Shown: positions 43,093 through 54,652 of the stretch, piece after piece
Position numbering within the stretch: position 1 is the first letter of the stretch
Layout: the number at the start of each line of letters is the position of its first letter
Assembly: GCA_963845515.1 (NCBI GenBank)
Contig: CAWJSR010000010.1
Coordinates: 128,001 to 192,000, forward strand
DNA length: 64,000 nucleotides
Source: an uncultured delta proteobacterium
GTDB lineage: Bacteria; Myxococcota; Myxococcia; Myxococcales; Anaeromyxobacteraceae
Direction of reading: 5' to 3'
Position numbers and translations under genes: made by a program
The notes under the pieces: generated by a model
Database searches by the model: none
Seen by the model: only the letters and a program-made list of their open reading frames with translations
What the model was told of the DNA's origin: nothing

Positions 43093-43093
43093 C

Positions 43094-43453
43094 CTACTTA
43101 CCCTCCGCCTTCGGCGCGTCGGAGACGATCGCGCCGTCCCTCCACGCCCCGGCGATCTGCGGCTTGAGGACCTTGAGCTTGGTGCCGCCGCCGACGTCCA
43201 GGATCACGGTCTTCTCCTCGACCGCGTAGACGGTGCCGATGATGCCGCCCTGCGTCGCCACCTCGTCACCCTTCTTGAGCGTGGAGACGAAGGACTGGTG
43301 CTGCTTCGCCGTCTTGGACTGCGGGCGGATGACGAGGAAGTAGAAGATGCCGAAGAGAACGAGCGGCAGCCCGAGCAGGTTGAGGAGGCTCTGGGGGCCG
43401 GCTGGCTGTGCCTCTGCCGTCTGGGAGAGGAATGCGTGCAGTGCGGGGGACAT
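43094..43453 (-). CDS. yajC: Translocase accessory subunit YajC
   Basis: 'FYFLVIRPQ', 'LKKGDEVATQGGIIG'. Confidence 0.95.
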   Translation of the reverse strand: MSPALHAFLSQTAEAQPAGPQSLLNLLGLPLVLFGIFYFLVIRPQSKTAKQHQSFVSTLKKGDEVATQGGIIGTVYAVEEKTVILDVGGGTKLKVLKPQIAGAWRDGAIVSDAPKAEGK

Positions 43454-43525
43454 GTGTGCTCCGGGCGTTACGGGAAAAGTGCCGGTAGTTACCAACATTT
43501 CCGGGTGGCGGGCAACCGGATTCGC

Positions 43526-45407
<1,882 letters not shown>

Positions 45408-45435
45408 TCTGCGTCACCCCGCCCGGTTGACCGCA

Positions 45436-46494
45436 TTATTCCACGACGGCCGAGCGGTTGCGCTCGATCAGCATGGCGTCCCCGTAACTGAAGAACCGAT
45501 ACCGCCTGGCCACCGCCTCGCGGTAGGCATCCAGGATCCGCTCCCGCCCCCCAAGGGCACAGGCGAGCACCAGCAGTGTAGACCGCGGGAGGTGGAAGTT
45601 GGTGAGGAGTCCATCGACTGCCCCGAAAGGATGGCCCGGCCGGATGAAGAGCTCCGTTCGCCCCTCCCCCGCCACGAGCCGTCCCCCGCTCCAGGCGCTC
45701 TCGAGGGTCCGCGCCGAGGTGGTCCCGACGGCGACCACGCGCCCGCCCCGAGCCCGGGCGCGGGCGACCGCCGCGACGGCCTGCTCGGGGACCTCGAAGC
45801 GCTCGCCGTGCATCCGGTGATCGTCGAGCCTCTCTGCCCGGACGGGCAGGAAGGTGCCGGGGCCGACGTGGAGGGTCACCGTGGTCCGCTCCACGCCTCT
45901 CGCCGCCAGCCGCTCCAGCAGCGCCGGCGTGAAGTGCAGCCCAGCCGTCGGCGCAGCGGCGCTGCCCGGCGAGCGGGCCAGGACCGTCTGGTAGCGCTCC
46001 AGATCGTGCTCGTCGGGCTCGCGCCGGATGTACGGCGGGAGCGGCAGCCGGCCCGCGCGCGCCAGCGCCTCTTCCAGATCCGCCCCCTCGCGGTCGAGGA
46101 CGACCGTGTAGAACCCCGCCCCCTCAGACGCCTCGACGGTCGCGGTCAGCCCGTCGAAGAGGAGCCGCGCGCCCGCGCGGATGGCCTTCGAGGCCTGCCC
46201 CATCGCGCGCCAGCGTCGACCGAGGCCGCCAGCGAGCGGCTCGCAGAGGAGCAGCTCGACCTTGCCTCCGGACTCCTTCTTCCCCAGGAGCCTCGCCGGG
46301 ATGACGCGCGTGTCGTTCAGGACCAGCAGGTCGCCGGGGGCGAGCAGCTCGGGGAGGTCGGCGATCATCCGGTGCGCGAACGGCCCGCCCGTCGGCACGA
46401 CGAGCAGTCGCGCCGCGTCGCGTGGCTCGATGGGCGCCTGCGCGATCAGCTCCTCCGGCAGGTCGTAGTCGTAGTCCGAGATCCGCATTTCCAC
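45436..46494 (-). CDS. queA: SAM:tRNA ribosyltransferase-isomerase
   Basis: 'LPEELIAQ', 'NDTRVIPAR', 'AAPTAGLHF', 'TNFHLP', 'YRFFSYGDAM'. Confidence 0.97.
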   Translation of the reverse strand: MEMRISDYDYDLPEELIAQAPIEPRDAARLLVVPTGGPFAHRMIADLPELLAPGDLLVLNDTRVIPARLLGKKESGGKVELLLCEPLAGGLGRRWRAMGQASKAIRAGARLLFDGLTATVEASEGAGFYTVVLDREGADLEEALARAGRLPLPPYIRREPDEHDLERYQTVLARSPGSAAAPTAGLHFTPALLERLAARGVERTTVTLHVGPGTFLPVRAERLDDHRMHGERFEVPEQAVAAVARARARGGRVVAVGTTSARTLESAWSGGRLVAGEGRTELFIRPGHPFGAVDGLLTNFHLPRSTLLVLACALGGRERILDAYREAVARRYRFFSYGDAMLIERNRSAVVE

Positions 46495-46520
46495 GGTTCG
46501 GATAGCATCCCCAGACCCCG

Positions 46521-47867
46521 ATGTCCCCCCTTCCGCTCCTGCTCCTGCTCTTCCCCGCCGGCGCGCTGGCGCTCGGCATCACGCTGGCGCGCCGCCTCCC
46601 CGCGGAAGAGCGCGCTGTGCTCGCGCTCGCCGGCGCGCTCCTCGTCGCGTCCGCGCTCCTCTCGCCCGCGCTGCCACTCCACGATCCGTGGACGCATTAC
46701 CTTCACCTCCGCGCCGCGCTGGAGGACCCTCTCCGCGTCCTCGACCTCTGGGATCGCCCGGGCTTCACCCTCCTCGCCGCCGGTCCCGCGGCGTTCGGAA
46801 TCCGCGCGGCCCGCCTCGCCGCGGTCGCGACGGCCATCGTCGCGCTGGCGGCGACGATGCTGACCGCCCGCGCACTCGGGCTCGCGCGCCCCTGGGCGGC
46901 GGGGCTCCTGATGCTCGCGCAGTACGACTTCTTCGGCCAGGGCGCCTCGACGATGACCGAGCTGCCGTTCGCGGCGGCGCTCGCGATCGCCCTCCTCGGC
47001 TGGGCCGAGGGGCGGCCCTGGCTCGTCGCCGCCGGGCTCGCCTGGGCAGGGATCGCCCGTCCCGAGGGGCCGGCCTTCGCGGCCCTCGGCGCGCTGGCGA
47101 TCCTCCTCCGGTGGCGCCGGCTCGCTCCTGCCGTCGCGGCCGGCGTGCCGTTCCTCGTCTATGTCACCGCCGGTGCGCTCCTGTACGGCGACCCGCTCTG
47201 GATGGCGAACATGAACCCGTACCGGGGGCACATCTCGCTGCTCCCGGACCCCCGGCAGCTCTACCGCAGCTACTTCTTCACGGCCCTGGCGCTCTCCCAG
47301 GGGCCAGCGCTCGTCCTGCTGGAGGCGGCCGGCGCGGCGCTCGCCGTCTGGGGCCCGGCGCGACGGCTCCGCTTCGTGCTCGCTCCGCTCGCCATCACCT
47401 TCCTGCTCCTCACCTTCGTCCGGACCGGCGACACCGACACCTGGCGGGAGAGCCGGTATCTCGTGACGGTCGCGCCCGCGCTGGCGCTCCTCGCGGCCGC
47501 TGCGCTCGACGCGCTCCTGGCGCACTTCCCTCGAATCGCGCCCCCGGCGCTCCTCGCGCTCGCCGGGTGGGCCGGGTGGCGCGTCGTCCGCTACCACTGG
47601 GCGGCGGCGGGCGTCTCGCCCCCAGTCGCCACGGCGGTGGTCTCCGCGGTCGTCGTCGTCCTCGTGGCGGTCCTCTGGCTGCTCCGCGGCCGCATCGCGC
47701 CGGCGGCGGCCTTCTGCGCCCTGCTGGTCGCGACCGTTGCGTCGATCCCGCCGGGAGCGCTCGGGCGCCACAGGGAGGTGCTCCCGGGCTACGGCGACGA
47801 CCATCACCACCCCGAGAGAGCGGCCCCGCCGCCACCGCCCTCGGCACCCGATCGCGCCGTCCGCTGA
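46521..47867 (+). CDS. Polytopic membrane protein, probable GT-C glycosyltransferase
   Basis: About 12 TM helices, 'HDPWTHY', 'WDRP', 'MTELPF', 'ARPEG', 'RYL'. Confidence 0.6.
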   Translation: MSPLPLLLLLFPAGALALGITLARRLPAEERAVLALAGALLVASALLSPALPLHDPWTHYLHLRAALEDPLRVLDLWDRPGFTLLAAGPAAFGIRAARLAAVATAIVALAATMLTARALGLARPWAAGLLMLAQYDFFGQGASTMTELPFAAALAIALLGWAEGRPWLVAAGLAWAGIARPEGPAFAALGALAILLRWRRLAPAVAAGVPFLVYVTAGALLYGDPLWMANMNPYRGHISLLPDPRQLYRSYFFTALALSQGPALVLLEAAGAALAVWGPARRLRFVLAPLAITFLLLTFVRTGDTDTWRESRYLVTVAPALALLAAAALDALLAHFPRIAPPALLALAGWAGWRVVRYHWAAAGVSPPVATAVVSAVVVVLVAVLWLLRGRIAPAAAFCALLVATVASIPPGALGRHREVLPGYGDDHHHPERAAPPPPPSAPDRAVR

Positions 47868-47881
47868 GCCCTCACGAAAGA

Positions 47882-47914
47882 CGAGGGCCCCGGCCGGACT
47901 GGCCGAGGCCCTCG
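47882..47914. terminator. Hairpin between convergent genes (probable terminator)
   Basis: CGAGGGCC-CCGGCC...GGCCG-A-GGCCCTCG. Confidence 0.55.
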
Positions 47915-47981
47915 AGGTGAAGTCGGGAGCGGGCTGGCCGGGTCCTGGGACCCGGCGTGGCCGGCTAGCCGAGCTTGTGCG

Positions 47982-49844
47982 CTACCTGGCGGCCGCGATG
48001 GCCGCGACCTGCTCCGGCGTGAGGAACTTCAGAGAGCCCATCCCGCCACGGTTCGAGTCGATGGCGCTCTGGGTCGCCGACGCGGACGCGCCGATCTTGG
48101 AGGTGCCGTGGCAGCCCGCGCAGTACTGCGTGTAAAGCGCCTTCCCGTCGATCGGGGCCGTGTACGTGCAGGACTGCGACACGACCGGGGTCCCGGTGCA
48201 GCCGGACGGCGTGGACGAGGAGACCGTGCGCGTCTGCGTGTTGTTCGACTGGCAGGTACCCCAGGCGCTGTAGGTGTACGTGCAGGTCGGCGCCACGTAC
48301 GTGCAGGACTGCGACAGGACCGGGGTCCCGGTGCAGCCGGACGGCGTGGACGAGGAGACCGTGCGCGTCTGCGTGTTGTTCGACTGGCAGGTGCCCCAGG
48401 CGCTGTAGCTGTACGAGCAGGTCGGCGCCACGTACGTGCAGGACTGCGACAGGACCGGGGTCCCGGTGCAGCCGGACGGCGTGGACGAGGAGACCGTGCG
48501 GGTCTGCGTGTTGTTCGACTGGCAGGTGCCCCAGGCGCTGTAGCTGTACGAGCAGGTCGGCGCCACGTAGGTGCAGGACTGCGTCAGGACCGGGGTCCCG
48601 GTGCAGCCGGCCGGCGTGGACGAGGAGACCGTGCGCGTCTGCGTGTTGTTCGACTGGCAGGTGCCCCAGGCGCTGTAGCTGTACGAGCAGGTCGGCGCCA
48701 CGTAGGTGCAGGCCTGCGTCAGGACCGGGGTCCCGGTGCAGCCGGCCGGCGTGGACGAGGAGACCGCGCGGGTCTGCGTGCCGTCAGACTGGCAGGCGCC
48801 CCAGGCGCCGTAGCCGTACGAGCAGGTCGGCGCCACGTACGTGCAGGCCTGCGTCAGGACCGGGGTCCCGGTGCAGCCGGCAGGCGTGGACGAGGAGACC
48901 GTGCGGGTCTGAGTGCCGTCAGACTGGCAGGCGCCCCAGGCGCCGTAACCGTAGGTGCAGACCGCGGGGGGAGGCTCGGTGACGACCACCAGGGCGGCTG
49001 CGATCGCGTCGACCTCCGCCGCGGTCAGCGCCATGAGCGACGTCGAGCCCATGCCCCCGACGTTGCCGTCGATGGCGGCCTGGATCGCGGCGGCGGTGGT
49101 ACCGAGCTTGGAGCTCGTGGCCAGCGTGCCGTGACAGCTTGCGCAGTTCGCGCTGTAGAGCGCTGCGCCATCGGCGGGCGGGGGCGGGGGGACCACGGTG
49201 CCTCCCGGCAGGTTCTCGGCCGTGAAGGTGCCGGACGCCAGGTTGTCGAGCGACCCCGTGAAGATGACGCCGCCGGTCGCACGGTTCGTCACGGTGACGG
49301 TGTTCCCGGACACCTGGAACCGCACGTCGCGGAGCATGGCGCGGACGGCGGCGCGGTCGGTCAGCGGGTTGACGACGCCGTACATCGAGTAGAGCGGCGC
49401 GAGGACCGTCTTCAGCGCGTCGAGCGTCGGCCCGAGCCTCCCGGCGGCCTTGGTGGTGTCCGAGGCGCTGGCGTTCACGTAGGTGGCGTTCACGTCCGTG
49501 CTGGTCGTCGCCATGGCGTAGACGACGGTGGTCAGCTCGTTGACGTCGACCTCCTCGCCATCGGCGGAGATAGAGTACATCGTCTCCCCATCGTCGCTCT
49601 CCGAATCGGCCCTGATCAGGAAGGGAGGCGTCAGCCCGTCGACGTCGAGGGCGAAGGCGCCGTCCGAATCCGACTCTGTCAGGCTGGTCTTCGACGGCGT
49701 CGATGAATCCTTCAGGGAGATTCTCGCGTCGCTGAACGCGAGGCCACCGAAGGACGAGACGATGCCGTTCGCTCCGCACGCGCCTAGCACTACGCCCAGC
49801 GCTGCAACCCCAACGGTACTCAGGACTGTCTTGTTCATCACCAT
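47982..49844 (-). CDS. Lipoprotein with two monoheme cytochrome c domains flanking six thrombospondin type 1-like repeats
   Basis: Lipobox LGAC; CASCH and CAGCH, each followed by GGMGS; six 45-aa repeats; start at 49844 or 49838. Confidence 0.85.
   Translation of the reverse strand: MVMNKTVLSTVGVAALGVVLGACGANGIVSSFGGLAFSDARISLKDSSTPSKTSLTESDSDGAFALDVDGLTPPFLIRADSESDDGETMYSISADGEEVDVNELTTVVYAMATTSTDVNATYVNASASDTTKAAGRLGPTLDALKTVLAPLYSMYGVVNPLTDRAAVRAMLRDVRFQVSGNTVTVTNRATGGVIFTGSLDNLASGTFTAENLPGGTVVPPPPPADGAALYSANCASCHGTLATSSKLGTTAAAIQAAIDGNVGGMGSTSLMALTAAEVDAIAAALVVVTEPPPAVCTYGYGAWGACQSDGTQTRTVSSSTPAGCTGTPVLTQACTYVAPTCSYGYGAWGACQSDGTQTRAVSSSTPAGCTGTPVLTQACTYVAPTCSYSYSAWGTCQSNNTQTRTVSSSTPAGCTGTPVLTQSCTYVAPTCSYSYSAWGTCQSNNTQTRTVSSSTPSGCTGTPVLSQSCTYVAPTCSYSYSAWGTCQSNNTQTRTVSSSTPSGCTGTPVLSQSCTYVAPTCTYTYSAWGTCQSNNTQTRTVSSSTPSGCTGTPVVSQSCTYTAPIDGKALYTQYCAGCHGTSKIGASASATQSAIDSNRGGMGSLKFLTPEQVAAIAAAR
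48150..48959 (-). repeat. Six tandem 135-bp coding repeats
   Basis: Near-identical units encoding CSYSYSAWGTCQSNNTQTRTVSSSTPSGCTGTPVLSQSCTYVAPT. Confidence 0.93.
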
Positions 49845-50176
49845 CGCGCGATATCTCCTGGGCAACTGGTTGGCGCCGGTCGACACTGGCTGGGTCGGTC
49901 GGACCCCGTGCGGAATGCCATGCGTCTTGAAGCGCGGGCCGGGTACCATGAATGCGGTACAGGCTTGGGCGACCCAGTACCGTGATCTCGGGACACCCAG
50001 CAACCACCCATTAGCTTGAATGTAGGCATGAATTTCCGCATGTGTGCGCTGGCGCACGGATGTAGGCGTCAACATTTACGGAGAGTTCCGGGTCACGTAT
50101 GACCCGCAATGGGAGGGCAATTGAACCTTTGTAGGGACCCAACAGGTACCCATTCCCTAGTTACGGTTCGCGGGCC

Positions 50177-51477
50177 TCAGAACTCGAGTCGCCCCACGGC
50201 GCGTGCCCCCAGGTACCGATCTTCGGCCCGCTCGGCGGCATAGGTCCCAGTGGGATCCGGGTCGAGCGAGTACCTCGTCAACCCGAACTCGCCGATCACC
50301 CTGAGCGAGAGCGGTCCACGGAGCCTGACGCCCAGCCCGGCCTCGGCCTCGAATGCCGTGGTGCGACCGCCCGGGAAGAACGCGGGGTCGCCCTTCACGA
50401 GGTCCCTCGCCTCGCCCCAGCGCACGTAACCTCCCCTGCCGACGATGCTGACGCGGCCGAGCCGCGCCTCCAAGGCGATCCCGGCTGTCACGCCCGAGAG
50501 CTGGGCGTCGGCCAGCCCGACGATCGAAGGGGAGACCGTGAGCGTGAGCTGCCGCCACGCGACCTGCGGCGCGAGCACCAGCCTGAGTGGCCCCAGCGGC
50601 CGCGTGCGCCATGTCCCGCCGACCCTGTAAGAGGTGTAGCGTGTGTCGCGCCGCTCACCGGAGGGCGCCAGGGTGGTGTAGGCGATCGACGTCGCCCAGT
50701 CACCGAAGACGCCGACGCCTCCGAGCGCCGCGGAGCCCGTGCGCGCGAGAGGGAAGAGCTCCGCAGCGAGCCACGGCCCCCCGATGGACGCGGCGTCGAA
50801 CCCGTGGAGAGTGCCGTCCATGGGCCCGATGCCGCCGAAGTCGAGCGTTCTCCGCATCAGGAAGCCCCCCGCCTCGAACGCGGCCGACCAGGGAACTCGC
50901 TCCTCGGGCAGAGGCGAAGGTGGCTGAGGCTCGAGGGCCCCTCCTTGTGCGCGTTCCGGTGCGCGTTCCGGCGCCGGCTCCGGCTCCGGCGCAGGTGGCT
51001 CGCGAGCAGGTGGTGGAGGCGCGGTGGGGGCCCGCGAGGGGGGCGGGCGGCGGACTGCGCGCGCAGGGACCGGCCGTAAGGAGCGCGACCAGCTCCGCGT
51101 CCAGTTGCCGGAGGTCCGCCCGCGCCAGCCGACCCTCGTCTGGCAGCAGGAAGGTCCAGGTTGGTGCAGGTCCGGAGCCGATCGGTCAGCAGCGAGATCG
51201 TGGCGCTCCAACCTTCTTCGCCGCGCGCCTTGACCCCTACGAGGATGCCGTCGACGCCGAGGGCCCTCGCCTTCGCGAGATCCGGGGCGCGGCGGGACGA
51301 CACCTCCCGCCAGAGCACGCACTCGAAGGTGCCGCAGAGCCACTCGGCCAGCTGCGTCGGGAGTACCGCCCTTGCGTCGCCCTGGACGGGGCCGATCACG
51401 ATGCGGGGGGCCGCGTCAGCGGCGCCGGACGCCACGATGCACGCCAGGATGCATGCGAGCCGGAGAGAGCGGGGCAC
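50177..51477 (-). CDS. Secreted protein: N-terminal domain, Pro-rich linker, C-terminal outer-membrane beta-barrel (frameshift near 51165)
   Basis: Signal peptide in ORF 50857..51477; amphipathic strands ending 'RAVGRLEF' in ORF 50177..51343. Confidence 0.55.
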
Positions 51478-51525
51478 CCACCTCTGATAAGCATTCCGGA
51501 ACGCCGGTGGGATCGGGCCGGGCCC

Positions 51526-52671
51526 TCAGTACATCACCACCACCTCGGTCCCGGGATAGTAGTGGGCCAGGATCTCCCGGTAGCCCTTCCCTTCGCGAGC
51601 GAAGCCAGCCGCACCCCACTGGCAGAGCCCAGCGCCGTGACCGGCGCCGCGCCCGGCGAAGGCGAAGCCGCCCTTCACCTCCTCGACGTCGAACGCCAGC
51701 GAGCGCAGGCGCGTCCAGCCCAGCCGCTGGCGCAGGTCGCTCCCTGAGAGCGTCGCACGCCGCCTCCCGGCGACGACCTCAATCCGGGCAGCGCGCCCCG
51801 ACGCGCTCCGCGCGACGATCGTCACGGACGTGGCTGCGCGCCCGAGCCCCGCCGCGCGCCCCAGCTCCTGGGCCGGAATCACCTGGCGCCAGTGGGCGCC
51901 CGGCGCGCCGTCGCACCGGCCACACTCGACGCTGGCGAGGTACTCGTAGCCACGCCCCAGCGCCGCGAGACCATCCTCGGTTCGTCCTCCGCAGGACGAG
52001 TGGAAGTAGGTCTCGACCGGTTCCTGGCCGAGGACCAGCACCTCGCCGACCGTCCCACTGGCCGCTTCGCGCGCGCCCGGATCGGCGGCCCCCGCCCCCA
52101 CGAATACCTGCGAGATGACCGTCGCGCCGAGGTCCCAGCCGCGCCCTGCGGAGACCGCCTCGAGCTTCCTGACGAGGGCGAAGGTCCTGGCGGCGACCGC
52201 CTGTGCCCTGCGCGCCTCCGGCGGGAAGGTCGCCGGCGTCTCCCCGGACACCACGCCGGCGACGTAGTCCTCCATCGCCAGGACCTCGACCACCGCGAGG
52301 CCGGCTCGCGTCCGCCGGACCTCGACCCAGCGGGAGAGCTCCCTCCCGTCGGCGCGGATGAGCGCGTCGGCGGTGAAGACCGCGACGGCGTCGGGCCAGC
52401 GCCGCCCGTCCAGGAGCAGCGCGCCAGGTGCGCCGCCTGCCCGGACCTCGGCCTTCCCGCGCGTGACCGGCACCCCCTCCGGCTGCGCTCCCGACTGCCC
52501 TTCCACCGCAGCCACGGCCCGCGCCACGCGCAGCCCCTTCGCCGACAGGATGGTCCTCGCCGCCCCCGTCCGGACGGCAACGCGGATCATCTCCTCGCCG
52601 TGCGCGGGGCGCGCGGCGAGCGCGAGGAGGGCGGCTGCGAGCGGCGCCAGGAGGGTGCGCATCCTCGTCAT
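51526..52671 (-). CDS. SpoIID/LytB domain protein
   Basis: 'EDYVAGVVSGE', 'AQAVAARTFA', 'FHSSCGGRTE', 'GHGAGLCQWGA'. Confidence 0.92.
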   Translation of the reverse strand: MTRMRTLLAPLAAALLALAARPAHGEEMIRVAVRTGAARTILSAKGLRVARAVAAVEGQSGAQPEGVPVTRGKAEVRAGGAPGALLLDGRRWPDAVAVFTADALIRADGRELSRWVEVRRTRAGLAVVEVLAMEDYVAGVVSGETPATFPPEARRAQAVAARTFALVRKLEAVSAGRGWDLGATVISQVFVGAGAADPGAREAASGTVGEVLVLGQEPVETYFHSSCGGRTEDGLAALGRGYEYLASVECGRCDGAPGAHWRQVIPAQELGRAAGLGRAATSVTIVARSASGRAARIEVVAGRRRATLSGSDLRQRLGWTRLRSLAFDVEEVKGGFAFAGRGAGHGAGLCQWGAAGFAREGKGYREILAHYYPGTEVVVMY

Positions 52672-52754
52672 TCTAGTGCTGGAGCCCCGCCGAAGCGCGC
52701 GCGCGGACGAAGGAGGTTTGCGGCGCGGAAAACCACCGTGTATGACCGTGCGCC

Positions 52755-53399
52755 ATGCAGATCGTCGAGTGGATCGTCAATCTAATCCGCGACCCCGGGG
52801 AGCTCATCCGGTGGGGCGGATACCCCGCGCTGGCCCTCATCATCTTCGTCGAGACCGGGGCGATGATCTTCTTCCTCCCGGGCGACTCGCTGCTCGTGAT
52901 GGCGGGGCTCTACGCGGCGCAGGGCAGCCTCGACATCGTCTTCCTCAACCTCCTCCTCATCCCTCTCGCAATCCTGGGGGACGCGACGTCCTACTGGATC
53001 GGCAGGCGGGCAGGGCCACACATCTTCAACCGGCCGCGCTCCCGCATCTTCCGCCCCGAGCACATGAGGGCCGCCCACGAGTTCTACGAGCGCCACGGGG
53101 GCAAGGCGATCATCCTCGCCCGGTTCATGCCGCTCGTCCGGACCTTCGTGCCGGTCGTCGCCGGCGTGGCCGGCATGACCTACCGCCGCTTCGCCGTCTT
53201 CAACGTGATCGGCGCCGCTGGCTGGATCCTCTCGATGACGCTCACCGGGTACGTGCTGGGGTCGCGCTTCCCGCTCCTCGTGAAGCACATCGAGAAGGTG
53301 ATCCTCGTCGTCATCTTCATCTCGATCCTTCCCGGGATCGTCGAGTACGCGAAGGCGCGGCTGCGCGCCGCGCGGGCGGCCGGGTCGAGCGCGGAGTAG
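52755..53399 (+). CDS. dedA: DedA-family membrane protein
   Basis: 'FVETG...FLPGDSLL', 'ARFMPLVRTF'. Confidence 0.92.
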   Translation: MQIVEWIVNLIRDPGELIRWGGYPALALIIFVETGAMIFFLPGDSLLVMAGLYAAQGSLDIVFLNLLLIPLAILGDATSYWIGRRAGPHIFNRPRSRIFRPEHMRAAHEFYERHGGKAIILARFMPLVRTFVPVVAGVAGMTYRRFAVFNVIGAAGWILSMTLTGYVLGSRFPLLVKHIEKVILVVIFISILPGIVEYAKARLRAARAAGSSAE

Positions 53400-53421
53400 C
53401 CGCGAACCGGCCACCGGACCC

Positions 53422-54585
53422 CTACCGGCCCGCGAACCAGACCGAGTCGTAGGGACAGTCGATCTCGGAGTCGGCGGGCTCGGGATAGTAGGCGCGCCCG
53501 CCGCGCGGCCCGCGCAGCCAGGTCCCCCCCGGCGCGCGCGACTCCACGTAGTCCGGCGCGAGCACGACCTTCCCCTCGCCGCCCGGAAGGTCTACAGCGA
53601 GGTGCGGGATGGCGAGGCCGCTCGTCCGCCCGCGCATCGCCGCCAGGAGCTCGACGCCGGCCCGGAGCGGCGTGCGGAGGTGGCTGGTGCCGTCGGCCAG
53701 GTCCCCCTGGTGCAGGTAGTAGGGGCGCACGCGCCACTCCAGCAGCCGCTCGTTCAGCTCGACCAGGACGCGGGCCGACGAGTTTATGCGGCGCAGCAGC
53801 ACCGACTGGTTCTCGACCGGCACCCCATGGTCCACCAGCCGCTCGCACCCCTCCTGCGCCTCGGCGGTGAGCTCCTTCGGATGGTTGAAGTGGGTGACGA
53901 CGAAGAGCGGCGCGAACCTGCGCAGCAGCCGCGCGAGCTGCTCGGTCAGCCGCATCGGGTTGGTGACGGGGGCGCGCGTCGCGAGCCGGAGGACCCGGAC
54001 TTGCGGCACCGTCCGGAGAGCGGCGAGGATCTCCTCCAGCCGCTCGTCGGAGAGGACCAGCGGGTCGCCCCCCGAGACGATCACCTCGCGAACACCCGGC
54101 TGCCCGCGGAGCCACGCGACCGCCTCGCCCAGCGCCTCACGATCGAGGCCGTTCCCGTCGCCGCCGGTGATCCGGCGGCGGGTGCAGTGGCGGCAGTAGG
54201 CCGGGCACCGGTCGGTGGCGAGGAGGAGCGCCCTGTCCGGATACTTCTGGACGAGCGCCCGCACCGGCCGATGCGGCTCCTCGCCCGTCGGGTCGTGCCG
54301 GTCGCCCGGTCCCGCCTCGGCCTCGGCCGGGAGCGGGACGATCTGGCGGCGGACCGGGCAGTGCGCGTCGACGGGATCCGCGAGCGCCGCGTAGTAAGGG
54401 GTGGCGCCGGCGCGGAAGCGCCCCGACGTCCTCGCGAACCCCTCCCGCTCCTCGCCGGTCAGCCGGAGGAGCCGCGCGAAGTCGTCGACGGTGGCGAGCG
54501 CGGCGCGCTGCTGCCACCGCCAGTCGCGCCACTGCACCTCGGACACGCCGGGGAAGCGCTCCTGCCAGGTCATGCGAATCTGCAT
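53422..54585 (-). CDS. KamA/EpmB-family radical SAM aminomutase
   Basis: 'WRDWRWQ', 'KYPDRALL', 'CPAYCRHCTR', 'SGGDP', 'HFNHPKE', 'PYYL', 'PGGEGK'. Confidence 0.9.
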   Translation of the reverse strand: MQIRMTWQERFPGVSEVQWRDWRWQQRAALATVDDFARLLRLTGEEREGFARTSGRFRAGATPYYAALADPVDAHCPVRRQIVPLPAEAEAGPGDRHDPTGEEPHRPVRALVQKYPDRALLLATDRCPAYCRHCTRRRITGGDGNGLDREALGEAVAWLRGQPGVREVIVSGGDPLVLSDERLEEILAALRTVPQVRVLRLATRAPVTNPMRLTEQLARLLRRFAPLFVVTHFNHPKELTAEAQEGCERLVDHGVPVENQSVLLRRINSSARVLVELNERLLEWRVRPYYLHQGDLADGTSHLRTPLRAGVELLAAMRGRTSGLAIPHLAVDLPGGEGKVVLAPDYVESRAPGGTWLRGPRGGRAYYPEPADSEIDCPYDSVWFAGR

Positions 54586-54589
54586 CTCC

Positions 54590-54630
54590 TCCCCTCTCCC
54601 TCACCGAGGGAGAGGGTCAGGGTGAGGGAG
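54590..54630. repeat. REP-like palindromic repeat
   Basis: Exact 41-bp reverse complement of 40027-40067. Confidence 0.85.
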
Positions 54631-54652
54631 CAGCGCCGTCGGGCGCGCGTGA

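Noticed and set aside
48150..48959. Possible CRISPR array
   Set aside because: 135-bp in-frame coding repeats with no unique spacers and no cas genes
49845..50176. c-di-GMP or cGAMP (GEMM-I) riboswitch upstream of the cytochrome
   Set aside because: Conserved GGCAAA and CGCAAAG elements not found on the coding strand
53422..54585. Specific call as epmB or kamA
   Set aside because: No efp, epmA or lysine-fermentation genes adjacent; left at family level
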